From Ignicoccus pacificus DSM 13166 (GTDB lineage: Archaea; Thermoproteota; Thermoprotei_A; Sulfolobales; Ignicoccaceae), in the NCBI GenBank assembly GCA_025340205.1, contig CP006868.1:1530001-1562000 (forward strand): a stretch of 32,000 bases of DNA, in the 5' to 3' direction. Each line of letters starts with the position of its first letter. The stretch's first letter is position 1. Below the pieces are notes generated by a model, which saw only the letters and a list, made by a program, of their open reading frames with translations, made no database searches and was not told where the DNA came from. This document shows positions 17,203-25,001 of this stretch, piece by piece. A program made the position numbers and the translations under genes.

Positions 17203-18378
17203 ATGAGCAAGAGGGTAGTCGTGATTGGCGGCGGAATAGCTGGAATGACCTTCGCTCACACCGTTAAGGACAAGCTTGGGGATCAAGTAGAGGTAACGGT
17301 AGTAACCAAGGATCCGTTCTACATGACCGGTCCCAGTAAACCCTTGGTCGTAACGAAGGAACAGAGCTATGACAGAATGGTAAGGGGTTACGAGGAGGCT
17401 ATGGCTAAGGGGATAAAGTTTGCGTTTGGCAACGTAAGTGAGATAGATCCAGCCAACAGGAAGGTTAAGTTAGTGGAAGCTCCTTCTAGGGCCGCTAGGG
17501 TCAAGGAAGTAGAGTACGATTACCTCCTCGTCGCTCCCGGAGTGGTCTACGATGGATCCTCGATAAACGGTTACGAGGACTACTCCTACCAAGTCACCAA
17601 CGTCTACGAGCCCGGAAGGCTCGACTTACTCTATCAGAAGGTTTGGTCCGTGAAGGAAGGAACTATAGTGGTCTACGCTCCTCCCATGCCCTATAGGTGC
17701 GCCCCCGCTCCTTCGGAGACCGCTTTGCTCATAGATACCGTATTGAGGTATAGGAGAGTTAGGGATAAGGTAAGGGTAATCCACGTCGACGCTAACGAAA
17801 AGCCCCAGCCCGGTCCCACCGCCGATATAATAAGTAATATAATGAAAGAAAGGGGAATAGAGCTCATAACCAGCAGAAAAATAGTGGAGATGAACGACAA
17901 AGAGGTCATATTGGACAACGGAGAGAAGCTACCCTACAGCGTCCTAGCGTTGTTAGAACCCAACAGAGCTCCCGACTTCGTGATAGAGGCCTTCGGAGGT
18001 CCTTGGCTGGAGGTTAGAAGCCCACAAGACTTGAGGAGCGTTAAGTACGATGATGTTCTAGCAGCCGGAGACGTGGCCAAGCTGCCCTTCCCCAAGAATC
18101 AAGAGATAGCGTTCGAGAGCGCTAAGTTCGCAGCTAACAAGCTCTTCGAGGAGTTCGGAGAAGAACCGGAGAAGGTGAAGTACTGGTTCATAGGCTGGAT
18201 TTACGTCGGCAACCCTGAAGGGAGGCTGGAGAGCTTGAGCATTCAATTCAGTCTTGACTTCACTACAAAGCCTCCAAAGGCGACCAAGGATCCGGAGCCC
18301 AAGAGGGATTACACCCTTCAGAAGGACCGCTGGGAGCAAGGCTACTTGAACAAGCTCTTCCATCCCAAGGACTGGTAA
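17203..18378 (+). CDS. FAD-dependent pyridine nucleotide-disulfide oxidoreductase, sulfide:quinone oxidoreductase-like
   Basis: N-terminal Rossmann motif VVVIGGGIAGMTFA. The conserved Cys context PYRCAPAPSE and the late GD motif (LAAGDVAK) are typical of the SQR/NDH-II family. Confidence 0.7.
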   Translation: MSKRVVVIGGGIAGMTFAHTVKDKLGDQVEVTVVTKDPFYMTGPSKPLVVTKEQSYDRMVRGYEEAMAKGIKFAFGNVSEIDPANRKVKLVEAPSRAARVKEVEYDYLLVAPGVVYDGSSINGYEDYSYQVTNVYEPGRLDLLYQKVWSVKEGTIVVYAPPMPYRCAPAPSETALLIDTVLRYRRVRDKVRVIHVDANEKPQPGPTADIISNIMKERGIELITSRKIVEMNDKEVILDNGEKLPYSVLALLEPNRAPDFVIEAFGGPWLEVRSPQDLRSVKYDDVLAAGDVAKLPFPKNQEIAFESAKFAANKLFEEFGEEPEKVKYWFIGWIYVGNPEGRLESLSIQFSLDFTTKPPKATKDPEPKRDYTLQKDRWEQGYLNKLFHPKDW

Positions 18379-18501
18379 GCTTAATTCCTCCGCTTTCTTC
18401 TCTCCAGACAGCGGAGGTCAGGGACCCCAGCAAGGCTGCCGTGACGGCAGTCGATGAGCTCGGGGACGAGACTCCACCCCTTGAACACACCATCACTTTC
18501 G

Positions 18502-18552
18502 CCCCTCTGTCTAGCTATATAGCATGTCATCCCAGCTCTGAGGGCAGAGGGG
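18502..18552 (+). promoter_or_regulatory. candidate helicase promoter: palindromic TATA element bracketed by an 8-bp inverted repeat
   Basis: cccctctg 18502-18509 pairs with cagagggg 18545-18552, which abuts the TTG start at 18553. Inside lies the perfect 10-bp palindrome gctatatagc 18514-18523, 30-39 nt upstream of the start. Confidence 0.4.
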
Positions 18553-20550
18553 TTGAGGGAGCTCGCTCCCAGAAGGCTGAAACTGCCTCCAAATTCAAGG
18601 GGCGTACTACTTAGGTTCGAAAACGATAAGATTACCTATGCACCTATCTTTAAAAAGGGAATATTCATATTTGGGAAATATTACACTCCGAAACATTTTG
18701 AAGGGGAGGTAAAGCTTTGTACGATCAGAGGAAATGGGGAATGGGCGCTCCTTAAGAAGGGTAATGATTGGAAGGCGTTCAAAGTATTGAATGAGGTAAG
18801 CGACGGTGACAAGATATACCTAAAGATCAAGAAGGTCCATCATTTCCCCCGACACCTAACCTCGCTTCTTCAACCGAAGTTAAGGCTGAAGGTTTTAGAC
18901 TATTCTATACTCGTTAAGGTAGAATTTTTGGATAAAGAAGTTCTGTACAATTTCAAGAAATTGCTTGAAGTGAATGAGTTCGCTTGTGAAAAGGGAAGGG
19001 ATAGTTGGAGAAGACTGGTGGACAACGGATTGGTCTTGGGGAATTGTATAGGATCAACGTTCAAACCCACTATTTCCTTAATGGGAGAAGAGGCTATCCT
19101 CATGAGGGGTTACTTGAGTTCCTTACTCAACGCGCTTTCCCTTCCTCCGGATACCTTCGAAAACTGGTACGACGATGATCTTAAAGAGGTTATTCTAGAA
19201 GGCATAGATGCTAACCTTCCCGTAGAACTTAGAGATTACCAAAGGGATGCTGTAGAGAGGGCTTTGACCTACCTCGCGTTTCAAGGGGCTATCACCGTTC
19301 AAGCTCCGACGGGATCGGGGAAAACAGAGATAGCCTTAGCTATATCTAAAATAATTAAGGAAAATTTAAATAGGAAAATAATGTATTTAGCAATGTCGAG
19401 AAGCTTGGTTAATCAAACTGCTGAAAGGGCTCTGAGGTACGGCTTTAAGGCAATAAGCATGAGATCCTACGACTATCCTATGGATGATGACTTCTTAGCC
19501 ATAACAGCTCAGAGCTTGGTAAGAACATTGAAAAAAGGTGTTCCGGACTGGTTAAAGGAATTTAATGAGGAGAAAGGTTTAGTCATAATTGACGAGGCTC
19601 ATCACGTCCCAGCCTCAACGATGCTCTACATTCTTGAGAGGCTCGATAAGACCCTCCGCTTGGCCCTAAGCGCTACCCCTTGGAGGGAAGACGGCCTAGA
19701 GGGCTCCTTCTACGGTCACGTGGGAAGGCCCGAGGTGAGGATCGAAGCGCTAGACCTCTTAAGGAGAGGTTACATTGCGAACTTCAAGGTAATTAGGTAC
19801 AAACTTCACATTCCCTATGAACTCTTGGAAGGACTCTTCGAAAAGGAGCTCCTTTTCTCACTCTACAAGTCATTGAAGAACGACGTAGGAGGGGTTATAT
19901 TAAGGGGAAAGAGAATAGAGGTAGGATCAAAGGAAGGTCACGCCGTCATCTGGCTCTACCGCGGAAGACCAGTCATCAAGGTCTATGGCTCAGAAAGTTT
20001 CGAGATCAAAATTAAGGATATGGTTATGAGAAAGTATAAAGGCTTAAAGTACTTAGCTTTAGAAAGCACTCTTTCGAAATTGGAAAGAAGGACTAAGGCC
20101 ATAGCTAAGATAGCTTTGGGGCAACCGAGGCCTTGTTTAGTCATAACTAAGAGGGTTGTAGATGCGAAGAACATAGCTAAGGCTCTAGGAGCTCCCTTGG
20201 TCACAGGAGAGAGCGACGAGGAAGAGAGGGAGAGGGTCTTCGAGGGGCTTAGGAGAGGTGAGATAGGCATAGCGGTTGCTACCTCCATAGTTGATGAAGG
20301 AATAGACATTCCAAATTTGAAATCAGTGGTCTTGAGCCTAGGAGGTAAGAGCCATATCAAGACTGTTCAGAGGGTGGGAAGGGCCCTGAGAGGGGGGAAG
20401 GAAATTGCCATAATAGCGGAGATAGTTGACGTAATAGATGGTCACAGCGGTCTGAAGGAGATATTCTTGAGACACTCTAGGGAAAGGCTGAAGGCCCTTA
20501 AGAGGGTCTTTGGGGACGTCGAAATACTCGAGAAAGACGTATTTGTCTGA
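18553..20550 (+). CDS. SF2 DNA helicase, XPB/Rad25-like core with a roughly 225-aa unassigned N-terminal region
   Basis: Motifs are DYQRDAVERAL (Q/Ia region), APTGSGKT (Walker A), IIDEAHH (Walker B) and LSATPWREDG (motif III followed by an XPB-type RED motif). The C-terminal part has TSIVDEGIDIP and TVQRVGRALR (motifs V/VI). I recognised nothing in the N-terminal 225 aa. Confidence 0.75.
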   Translation: MRELAPRRLKLPPNSRGVLLRFENDKITYAPIFKKGIFIFGKYYTPKHFEGEVKLCTIRGNGEWALLKKGNDWKAFKVLNEVSDGDKIYLKIKKVHHFPRHLTSLLQPKLRLKVLDYSILVKVEFLDKEVLYNFKKLLEVNEFACEKGRDSWRRLVDNGLVLGNCIGSTFKPTISLMGEEAILMRGYLSSLLNALSLPPDTFENWYDDDLKEVILEGIDANLPVELRDYQRDAVERALTYLAFQGAITVQAPTGSGKTEIALAISKIIKENLNRKIMYLAMSRSLVNQTAERALRYGFKAISMRSYDYPMDDDFLAITAQSLVRTLKKGVPDWLKEFNEEKGLVIIDEAHHVPASTMLYILERLDKTLRLALSATPWREDGLEGSFYGHVGRPEVRIEALDLLRRGYIANFKVIRYKLHIPYELLEGLFEKELLFSLYKSLKNDVGGVILRGKRIEVGSKEGHAVIWLYRGRPVIKVYGSESFEIKIKDMVMRKYKGLKYLALESTLSKLERRTKAIAKIALGQPRPCLVITKRVVDAKNIAKALGAPLVTGESDEEERERVFEGLRRGEIGIAVATSIVDEGIDIPNLKSVVLSLGGKSHIKTVQRVGRALRGGKEIAIIAEIVDVIDGHSGLKEIFLRHSRERLKALKRVFGDVEILEKDVFV

Positions 20551-21022
20551 CCGCGGACATAGTATAGGGGCCTCCTTGGAGTACAACTACCTTCAGTTCA
20601 ACGCCGTGTTCCTAGCGATGCTCTTCGCCGGGACGGTCTTCCAATGGACATTACCTTGGCCTCCTCTATCCTATGCTTGGTCCGTGTTCTGGTTGGCACT
20701 CAGCGCCTACCTCCTCTACTATTACTTGAGGAAGCATCTCTGTACCAACTGCGTCTTCTATGGGAAGCCTTGCTTTAGCGGCTGGGGCCTCTTGGCTTCC
20801 AAGCTCTTCCCCAAGGGCTCAGGAGACTTCGATAAGGGGAGGAGGGTTGCTCCGCTGGCGTGGACCTTCTTCCTCCTCCCTCCCTTCCTAGCGACGATCA
20901 TTACCGGTCGCTCATTGGGAGCGTTCATATGGTTCTTTGCGTCACTTTACCTCATCTTGACGTTCAATTCATTCCATTCCAAGTGTCCAATGAGGGATAA
21001 GTGTCTTACCAAGCCTCGTTGA
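20510..21022 (+). CDS. Cys-rich integral membrane protein (about 4 TM), function unknown
   Basis: Hydrophobic segments include FNAVFLAMLFAGTVF, YAWSVFWLALSAYLLYYY, LAWTFFLLPPFLATII and GAFIWFFASLYLILTF. Cys motifs are CTNCVFYGKPC and HSKCPMRDKC. The ORF-track TTG at 20510 overlaps the helicase by 41 nt, and later in-frame starts (TTG 20576, ATG 20618) are at least as likely. Confidence 0.55.
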   Translation: MGTSKYSRKTYLSDRGHSIGASLEYNYLQFNAVFLAMLFAGTVFQWTLPWPPLSYAWSVFWLALSAYLLYYYLRKHLCTNCVFYGKPCFSGWGLLASKLFPKGSGDFDKGRRVAPLAWTFFLLPPFLATIITGRSLGAFIWFFASLYLILTFNSFHSKCPMRDKCLTKPR

Positions 21023-21530
21023 AGGTCGCTGAGAAGGCCATCAACGCTGCTAAATAACAGAAGTCCTCCCTCGTTATTATCCCCCTCGTCAGCTTCCCCA
21101 CCATTCCTCCCTTCCTTCCCAGTTCCGGATCGTTGAACTTCTCCACCATCATCCTCAAGAATTCATTTGGATTCTCCCTTATCCTCTCCTCCCAGTCGCT
21201 GGGCATCTCAAAGCCCGGCGCTAGCCCATACCTCATCCTTTCTCCATATTTGACCACTACCACGGTACTCATGAATACCCTTCCGTGCATTATGAACAAT
21301 CCTGACTCGGGCCCTACGCAGATAGCGCTTTCCTCGCAAACTCCCCTCGCCCTGTTCTCCGCTCCCACGAAGACCTCTTCCCCTACCGGAACCGCTGGAA
21401 CTCCACTGGGCACGTCCTTCCCTATTACCTCAACGTCTCCCAGCACGTCTCTGGCTGCTCTCTCTACGGCCCTAACCTTGACCGGATTAGTTGATCCCAC
21501 GAGAACTCTCCATCCCAATCCGGATCCCAT
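21006..21530 (-). CDS. inosine/xanthosine triphosphatase, YjjX (DUF84) family non-canonical NTP phosphatase
   Basis: VGSTNPVKVRAVERA...PSGVPAVPVGEEVFVGAENRA...GRKGGMVGKLTRGIITRED parallels E. coli YjjX (TTNPAK, ESGVPEQP, GRKEGAIG..T.GKLTR). It overlaps the preceding membrane ORF by 17 nt (convergent). Confidence 0.8.
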   Translation of the reverse strand: MGSGLGWRVLVGSTNPVKVRAVERAARDVLGDVEVIGKDVPSGVPAVPVGEEVFVGAENRARGVCEESAICVGPESGLFIMHGRVFMSTVVVVKYGERMRYGLAPGFEMPSDWEERIRENPNEFLRMMVEKFNDPELGRKGGMVGKLTRGIITREDFCYLAALMAFSATFNEAW

Positions 21531-21688
21531 AGCTTGAACCCTTCAACCTCCTTTAATCCAAAGTAGTAGGCAATGAATTCCTCCACTTCCGCTTCCATCC
21601 TCGCCCCCGCTCTAGCTCTAGCTAGAGGGGAGGTAGAGAGGGAGGTCGCTAGGTGACCTCCTCATCCTATCCCAATCTTATCAAAATA

Positions 21689-22159
21689 TTACGTTGAATC
21701 CTTCATGAGGAAGTAGAAGGCCAAGGCTATAGCGGAGAGCTCCGGTATGGCGACTCCTGGAGGTAGACCTAGGTACCAGTGGGATATCCATAGGGAAACC
21801 GAGCCCAAGGTACCGGCGTAGGCTAATGGAGTTCCGTGCAGTAATACGTACACATATATCATTATGAAAAGCAGAACTGAGACTACATAGTGATATATTC
21901 CGAAATCGATGTTTATCGCACCCACTAGTAGGCTAAGGATTGCCAATATCATTACCACTTGAGCGAAGTTCTTCAGGTTGAGATGGCTTATGCTGAAACC
22001 CGTTAAGGCAACACCTCCGTCGAAGAGCACTCCTCCTAAGGAGTTGGAAGCGCTGCCTAAAGCGCTCAGCGAGTAGGTCCACGGGTTCCACCACGGGGAG
22101 AGGGCTATTGAGAGTAGTAACGTGAGGGCGAAGATGGCTACCGGAACCCACTTCTTCAA
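21689..22159 (-). CDS. integral membrane protein (about 5 TM), possibly DUF998-like
   Basis: Strongly hydrophobic throughout. The SLSALGSASNSLGGVLFDGGVALTG segment resembles DUF998 proteins, but that assignment is tentative. Confidence 0.5.
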   Translation of the reverse strand: MKKWVPVAIFALTLLLSIALSPWWNPWTYSLSALGSASNSLGGVLFDGGVALTGFSISHLNLKNFAQVVMILAILSLLVGAINIDFGIYHYVVSVLLFIMIYVYVLLHGTPLAYAGTLGSVSLWISHWYLGLPPGVAIPELSAIALAFYFLMKDST

Positions 22160-22187
22160 GGCTAGCCCGGTAGTGTCCGCGTAACAC

Positions 22188-23216
22188 TCACTTTAAACCG
22201 TTCCTCTCGAACTGCTCCAAGCTGTACCTTATCGCTAAGAGATCCAGCCTTCCATGAGGTCTCAACTTCCTGTCAAGGGGATCCACGAATATTAAGTTGT
22301 TCTCTGCTAGCCACTTCACCACGTCATCTATCTGGCTGTAGATTATGTAATCCCTAACGCTGAATCCTTCCAATAATTCCATTACTTCCTTGAAGAACGT
22401 CTCGTCCCTCAGTCTGAGTAAGTTGAGCGTTTGGAACACTTGATCTTGTCTCAATGTCTTAGCTTTCTTCAGATAGCTTTCCAACTCGTCCTTGTACTTT
22501 ATGCACTGAATTAGAAGCAGTGGCTTCCCTCCGAAGGTCTCCCATATCTTCTCTATTTCCTCATCATTGAAGCCATAATGTCTTAGGAACTCCACCACGT
22601 CTTCTCTAGCTAAGTCGTCAACCTTGATATATTCAACATACGCGTTGAGATCCGGATTGGTGTGTATCGCGTCGATCAGCACCGAGTTGCTCGAGACCAC
22701 GAAGGCGTGAGCTATGTGCTCCTCTTTGGAGATTCCTATCGCGAAGTTTAACAGCTCATAGAACACCGTTCCATTCTTTCCATTTATGTGTTTTATCTTC
22801 TCAATGCTATCGAAGACCACCGTTGGGATGTTCCCATTGCTATGCTTTCTGAGTTCCTTTACCCAGAAGTTGAAGGCTCCACTCATACCCACGAGCCTAG
22901 CCCATTTAGTAAGTACTAACTCCCCTTCTCTCATGATATTGCTTACCATCTCCATTATCTCCTTCGACTTCAATTCCTCCATTAACGCCTCTACTACGTC
23001 CTCATAAGTGAGGACTGACTTCAGCTTGAAGTTGAGATAATACGTCTTCTCTCCCTTTCTCATCTTCCTCTTCAAGAACTCTCTCATCAACTCGCTTTTA
23101 CCCGAGTTAAGCGGCCCGTAAACCACGTAGAGCGCGTCGGGCCTATACTCAGTTATTCTCTCTAATAGTTCTAGCTCCTTCTTTCTATCAATGAAAGGCA
23201 CTATCATCCTTCCCAC
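22188..23216 (-). CDS. archaeal AAA+ ATPase (PF01637-like architecture) with atypical Walker B; 342 aa
   Basis: The N-terminus PFIDRKKELELLERI is followed by the P-loop YGPLNSGKSELM. The Walker B position reads VVFDS (Asp-Ser). The C-terminus is helical and winged-helix-like. Confidence 0.7.
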   Translation of the reverse strand: MGRMIVPFIDRKKELELLERITEYRPDALYVVYGPLNSGKSELMREFLKRKMRKGEKTYYLNFKLKSVLTYEDVVEALMEELKSKEIMEMVSNIMREGELVLTKWARLVGMSGAFNFWVKELRKHSNGNIPTVVFDSIEKIKHINGKNGTVFYELLNFAIGISKEEHIAHAFVVSSNSVLIDAIHTNPDLNAYVEYIKVDDLAREDVVEFLRHYGFNDEEIEKIWETFGGKPLLLIQCIKYKDELESYLKKAKTLRQDQVFQTLNLLRLRDETFFKEVMELLEGFSVRDYIIYSQIDDVVKWLAENNLIFVDPLDRKLRPHGRLDLLAIRYSLEQFERNGLK

Positions 23217-23328
23217 GCGTCTTCCACCGTTAACCCTCCAGCCGACTTATTACGCTCACCGTACAATCTATAGGCATACCCCCTCATCAAATGAACATTG
23301 TAGATAATTTACCGATATTCCCTATGTA

Positions 23329-23336
23329 CTATATAG
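23329..23336 (+). promoter_or_regulatory. candidate TATA box for ATPase gene 23380..24408
   Basis: ctatatag lies 44-51 nt upstream of the TTG start. The expected transcription start falls inside the palindrome array at 23343-23381. Confidence 0.45.
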
Positions 23337-23342
23337 ATCTTT

Positions 23343-23381
23343 AACTGGTCGGGGAACCAGTTACTGGTGGGGGGACCAGTT
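23343..23381. promoter_or_regulatory. two tandem 20-bp palindromes (four alternating ACTGGT/ACCAGT half-sites) abutting the ATPase start codon
   Basis: AACTGGT(23343-49)-cgggga-ACCAGTT(23356-62) is followed directly by ACTGGT(23363-68)-gggggg-ACCAGTT(23375-81). The junction ACCAGT-T-ACTGGT is itself palindromic. The last half-site overlaps the TTG at 23380. Confidence 0.6.
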
Positions 23382-24408
23382 GTTATTCGATCTAAGACCA
23401 AAAGAACGCAAGGAGGACTTATTCGGGAGAGAAGAGGAACTAAGGAGGCTAGAGTCGTTTCTAGACAACATGCTTGGTGCTATAGTGTATGGGATAAGGA
23501 GAATCGGGAAGACCAGCTTGGTAAAGGTATATTGTAGCGAGTACGGAAGGTGCGCCTACGTCGACGTCAGGGGGCTCTACGATAGAGGGATAACCGTCAA
23601 CGCGTTCATTGAAGAGCTGCTGAAAGGAGTAAGGTCCCTAAACGATAGGATACCCTCGCTGGAGGTGGACCTCCGGGTACTCAGATTTAAAAGAGAAAAG
23701 AAAAGCAAGGCCTTGAGTGAGGTCCTAGAAGAGCTTGATAAACGTTCAATGATCTTAGTCATAGATGAAGCCCAGCTGTTAAGGGGAAACAAGGTGTTCT
23801 CAAACGTGTTCGCTTGGGCCCTTGACAATTTGAGCAACTTGAAGATAATCTTCAGTGGCAGCGAAGTTGGTGTTTTAGAAAAGTACTTGGGTTTGAGAGA
23901 TCCCTCCTCACCGCTTTACGGTAGAGGCTTGGGGGAGCTCAAGCTCTCTAAGTTCAGTTTAGAACTATCAACGGAGTTCCTCCGCAAGGGCTTTGAGGAA
24001 GTAGGAATGGAAGTACCTGAAGAGGAGATTGAGGAGGCCGGCAAAGAGTTGGGGGGCATAGTAGGGTGGCTCACCCTCTATGGGAACTTGCGCCTAAACG
24101 GTCTAGCTCATGAGGAGGCACTAATTAGGACGAAGGAGAGGGCTAAGAAGATAATAGCTCTTGAGTTGAAGAACTTCTTGGATCTAAGGCCTATGGGTCG
24201 CAAGAGATACTGTTGTATTCTGAGGGCAATAGCGTTGGGTTTGAGAGCTTGGAAGGATATAAAGAAATACTGCAACGATCAAAATGACAAAAACTTCACC
24301 AATGCTTTAAACAAACTAATTGATTATTCATTCATAGAAAAGGTAGAACACGAGTACCTTATGGTAGATCCCTTGATGAGGGACGCTATACTAGATGTTT
24401 GTAAATAA
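23380..24408 (+). CDS. archaeal AAA+ ATPase (PF01637 / Arch_ATPase type with DUF234-like winged-helix C-terminus); 342 aa
   Basis: LFGREEELRRLESFL is followed by the family-typical Walker A YGIRRIGKTSL. Walker B is ILVIDEAQ, followed by IIFSGSEVG and GGIVGWLTLYG. The C-terminal region resembles wHTH. Confidence 0.8.
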   Translation: MLFDLRPKERKEDLFGREEELRRLESFLDNMLGAIVYGIRRIGKTSLVKVYCSEYGRCAYVDVRGLYDRGITVNAFIEELLKGVRSLNDRIPSLEVDLRVLRFKREKKSKALSEVLEELDKRSMILVIDEAQLLRGNKVFSNVFAWALDNLSNLKIIFSGSEVGVLEKYLGLRDPSSPLYGRGLGELKLSKFSLELSTEFLRKGFEEVGMEVPEEEIEEAGKELGGIVGWLTLYGNLRLNGLAHEEALIRTKERAKKIIALELKNFLDLRPMGRKRYCCILRAIALGLRAWKDIKKYCNDQNDKNFTNALNKLIDYSFIEKVEHEYLMVDPLMRDAILDVCK

Positions 24409-24561
24409 TTAATCGTGCTCTGGTTAATCTTGAAGGGTCAAACGGTAAGACGATCCATATCTTCAGCCTGGATCTCTAATCCTTTGAGCTAGCCCGGAGG
24501 AGGCTTAGCTAGCCCGACCGCGATGAAGCTTGATAGTAGTGATACGATCGTCAATAAAGCC

Positions 24562-24629
24562 CCCGTTCAAACTGCGTTTCATCTATACCTACTGACCTCT
24601 ATAGCCGATCCCGTTCAACTGTCGTCTCA
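24562..24629 (+). repeat. two imperfect ~20-nt direct repeats (cccgttcaa[a]ctg[t]cgt[t/c]tca) 48 nt apart
   Basis: Copy 1 is cccgttcaaactgcgtttca at 24562-24581. Copy 2 is cccgttcaactgtcgtctca at 24610-24629. A shorter tcccgttc recurs at 26533-26540. Confidence 0.35.
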
Positions 24630-25001
24630 CCCAACTCGGCTGCTCGCACTCTCGCTCTTCCCAATTTAAGGTTTCCGCAAGTAACCTAGTTCTGATGGGG
24701 TCTGGCATGAAGCTCTCTCAGGCTATACGCAAACTCCAAGGGTTTCTCAATCCTATGGAGTACCCGGGTCAGACGTCCCATGGTAGAGTTAACGCCCAGT
24801 TAACTCGACCGCCGGTAGATTTAACCCGATTGATGGATGGTCCTCGGTAACACCTCGACGAGGAAATGCCCATGGAGTCAGGGAAGCCGTTTCCTAACCC
24901 TCGCGGGGGATTAATATAGATAATCTTATTCATTGAATATGATGAAATTGCCACTGTTCTTAATCCCTCTCTAGTTGGTACTTGTCGAGAGGTAGAGAGT
25001 A

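Noticed and set aside
18263-18496. 77-aa minus-strand ORF overlapping the SQR-like gene 3-prime end and the GC-rich spacer
   Set aside because: The product is Ser/Gly/Ala/Pro-rich, has no motif and is antisense to a good gene. It is most likely an artefact.
21605-21630. Hairpin cccc(gc)tctagc-tcta-gctagagggg between the DUF998-like gene and the yjjX-like gene
   Set aside because: The structure is real in the sequence but short, bulged and built on the self-complementary ctag/gctagc repeats. It is most simply an inter-cistronic terminator or stability hairpin and not distinctive enough to flag.
24562-24629. Possible degenerate CRISPR array (two ~20-nt repeats with a 28-nt spacer)
   Set aside because: There are only two imperfect copies. 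The repeat and spacer lengths are shorter than crenarchaeal CRISPRs. No further units, leader or cas genes occur in the window.
24860-24870. gaggaaatgcc resembling the RNase P RNA CR-I motif (GAGGAAAGUCC)
   Set aside because: The match is imperfect (9/11). No CR-IV/CR-V counterparts were found at the right distance. An RNA of the required length would run into the well-supported 7-TM ORF.
24939-24945. Perfect C-box-like atgatga, and near-C-box cgatgag motifs at about 18463 and 25679, as candidate C/D box sRNAs
   Set aside because: No CUGA D box lies at the expected 45-70 nt downstream of 24939. The other sites deviate from RUGAUGA and lack D-prime/C-prime boxes. The evidence is not sufficient without a covariance-model scan.
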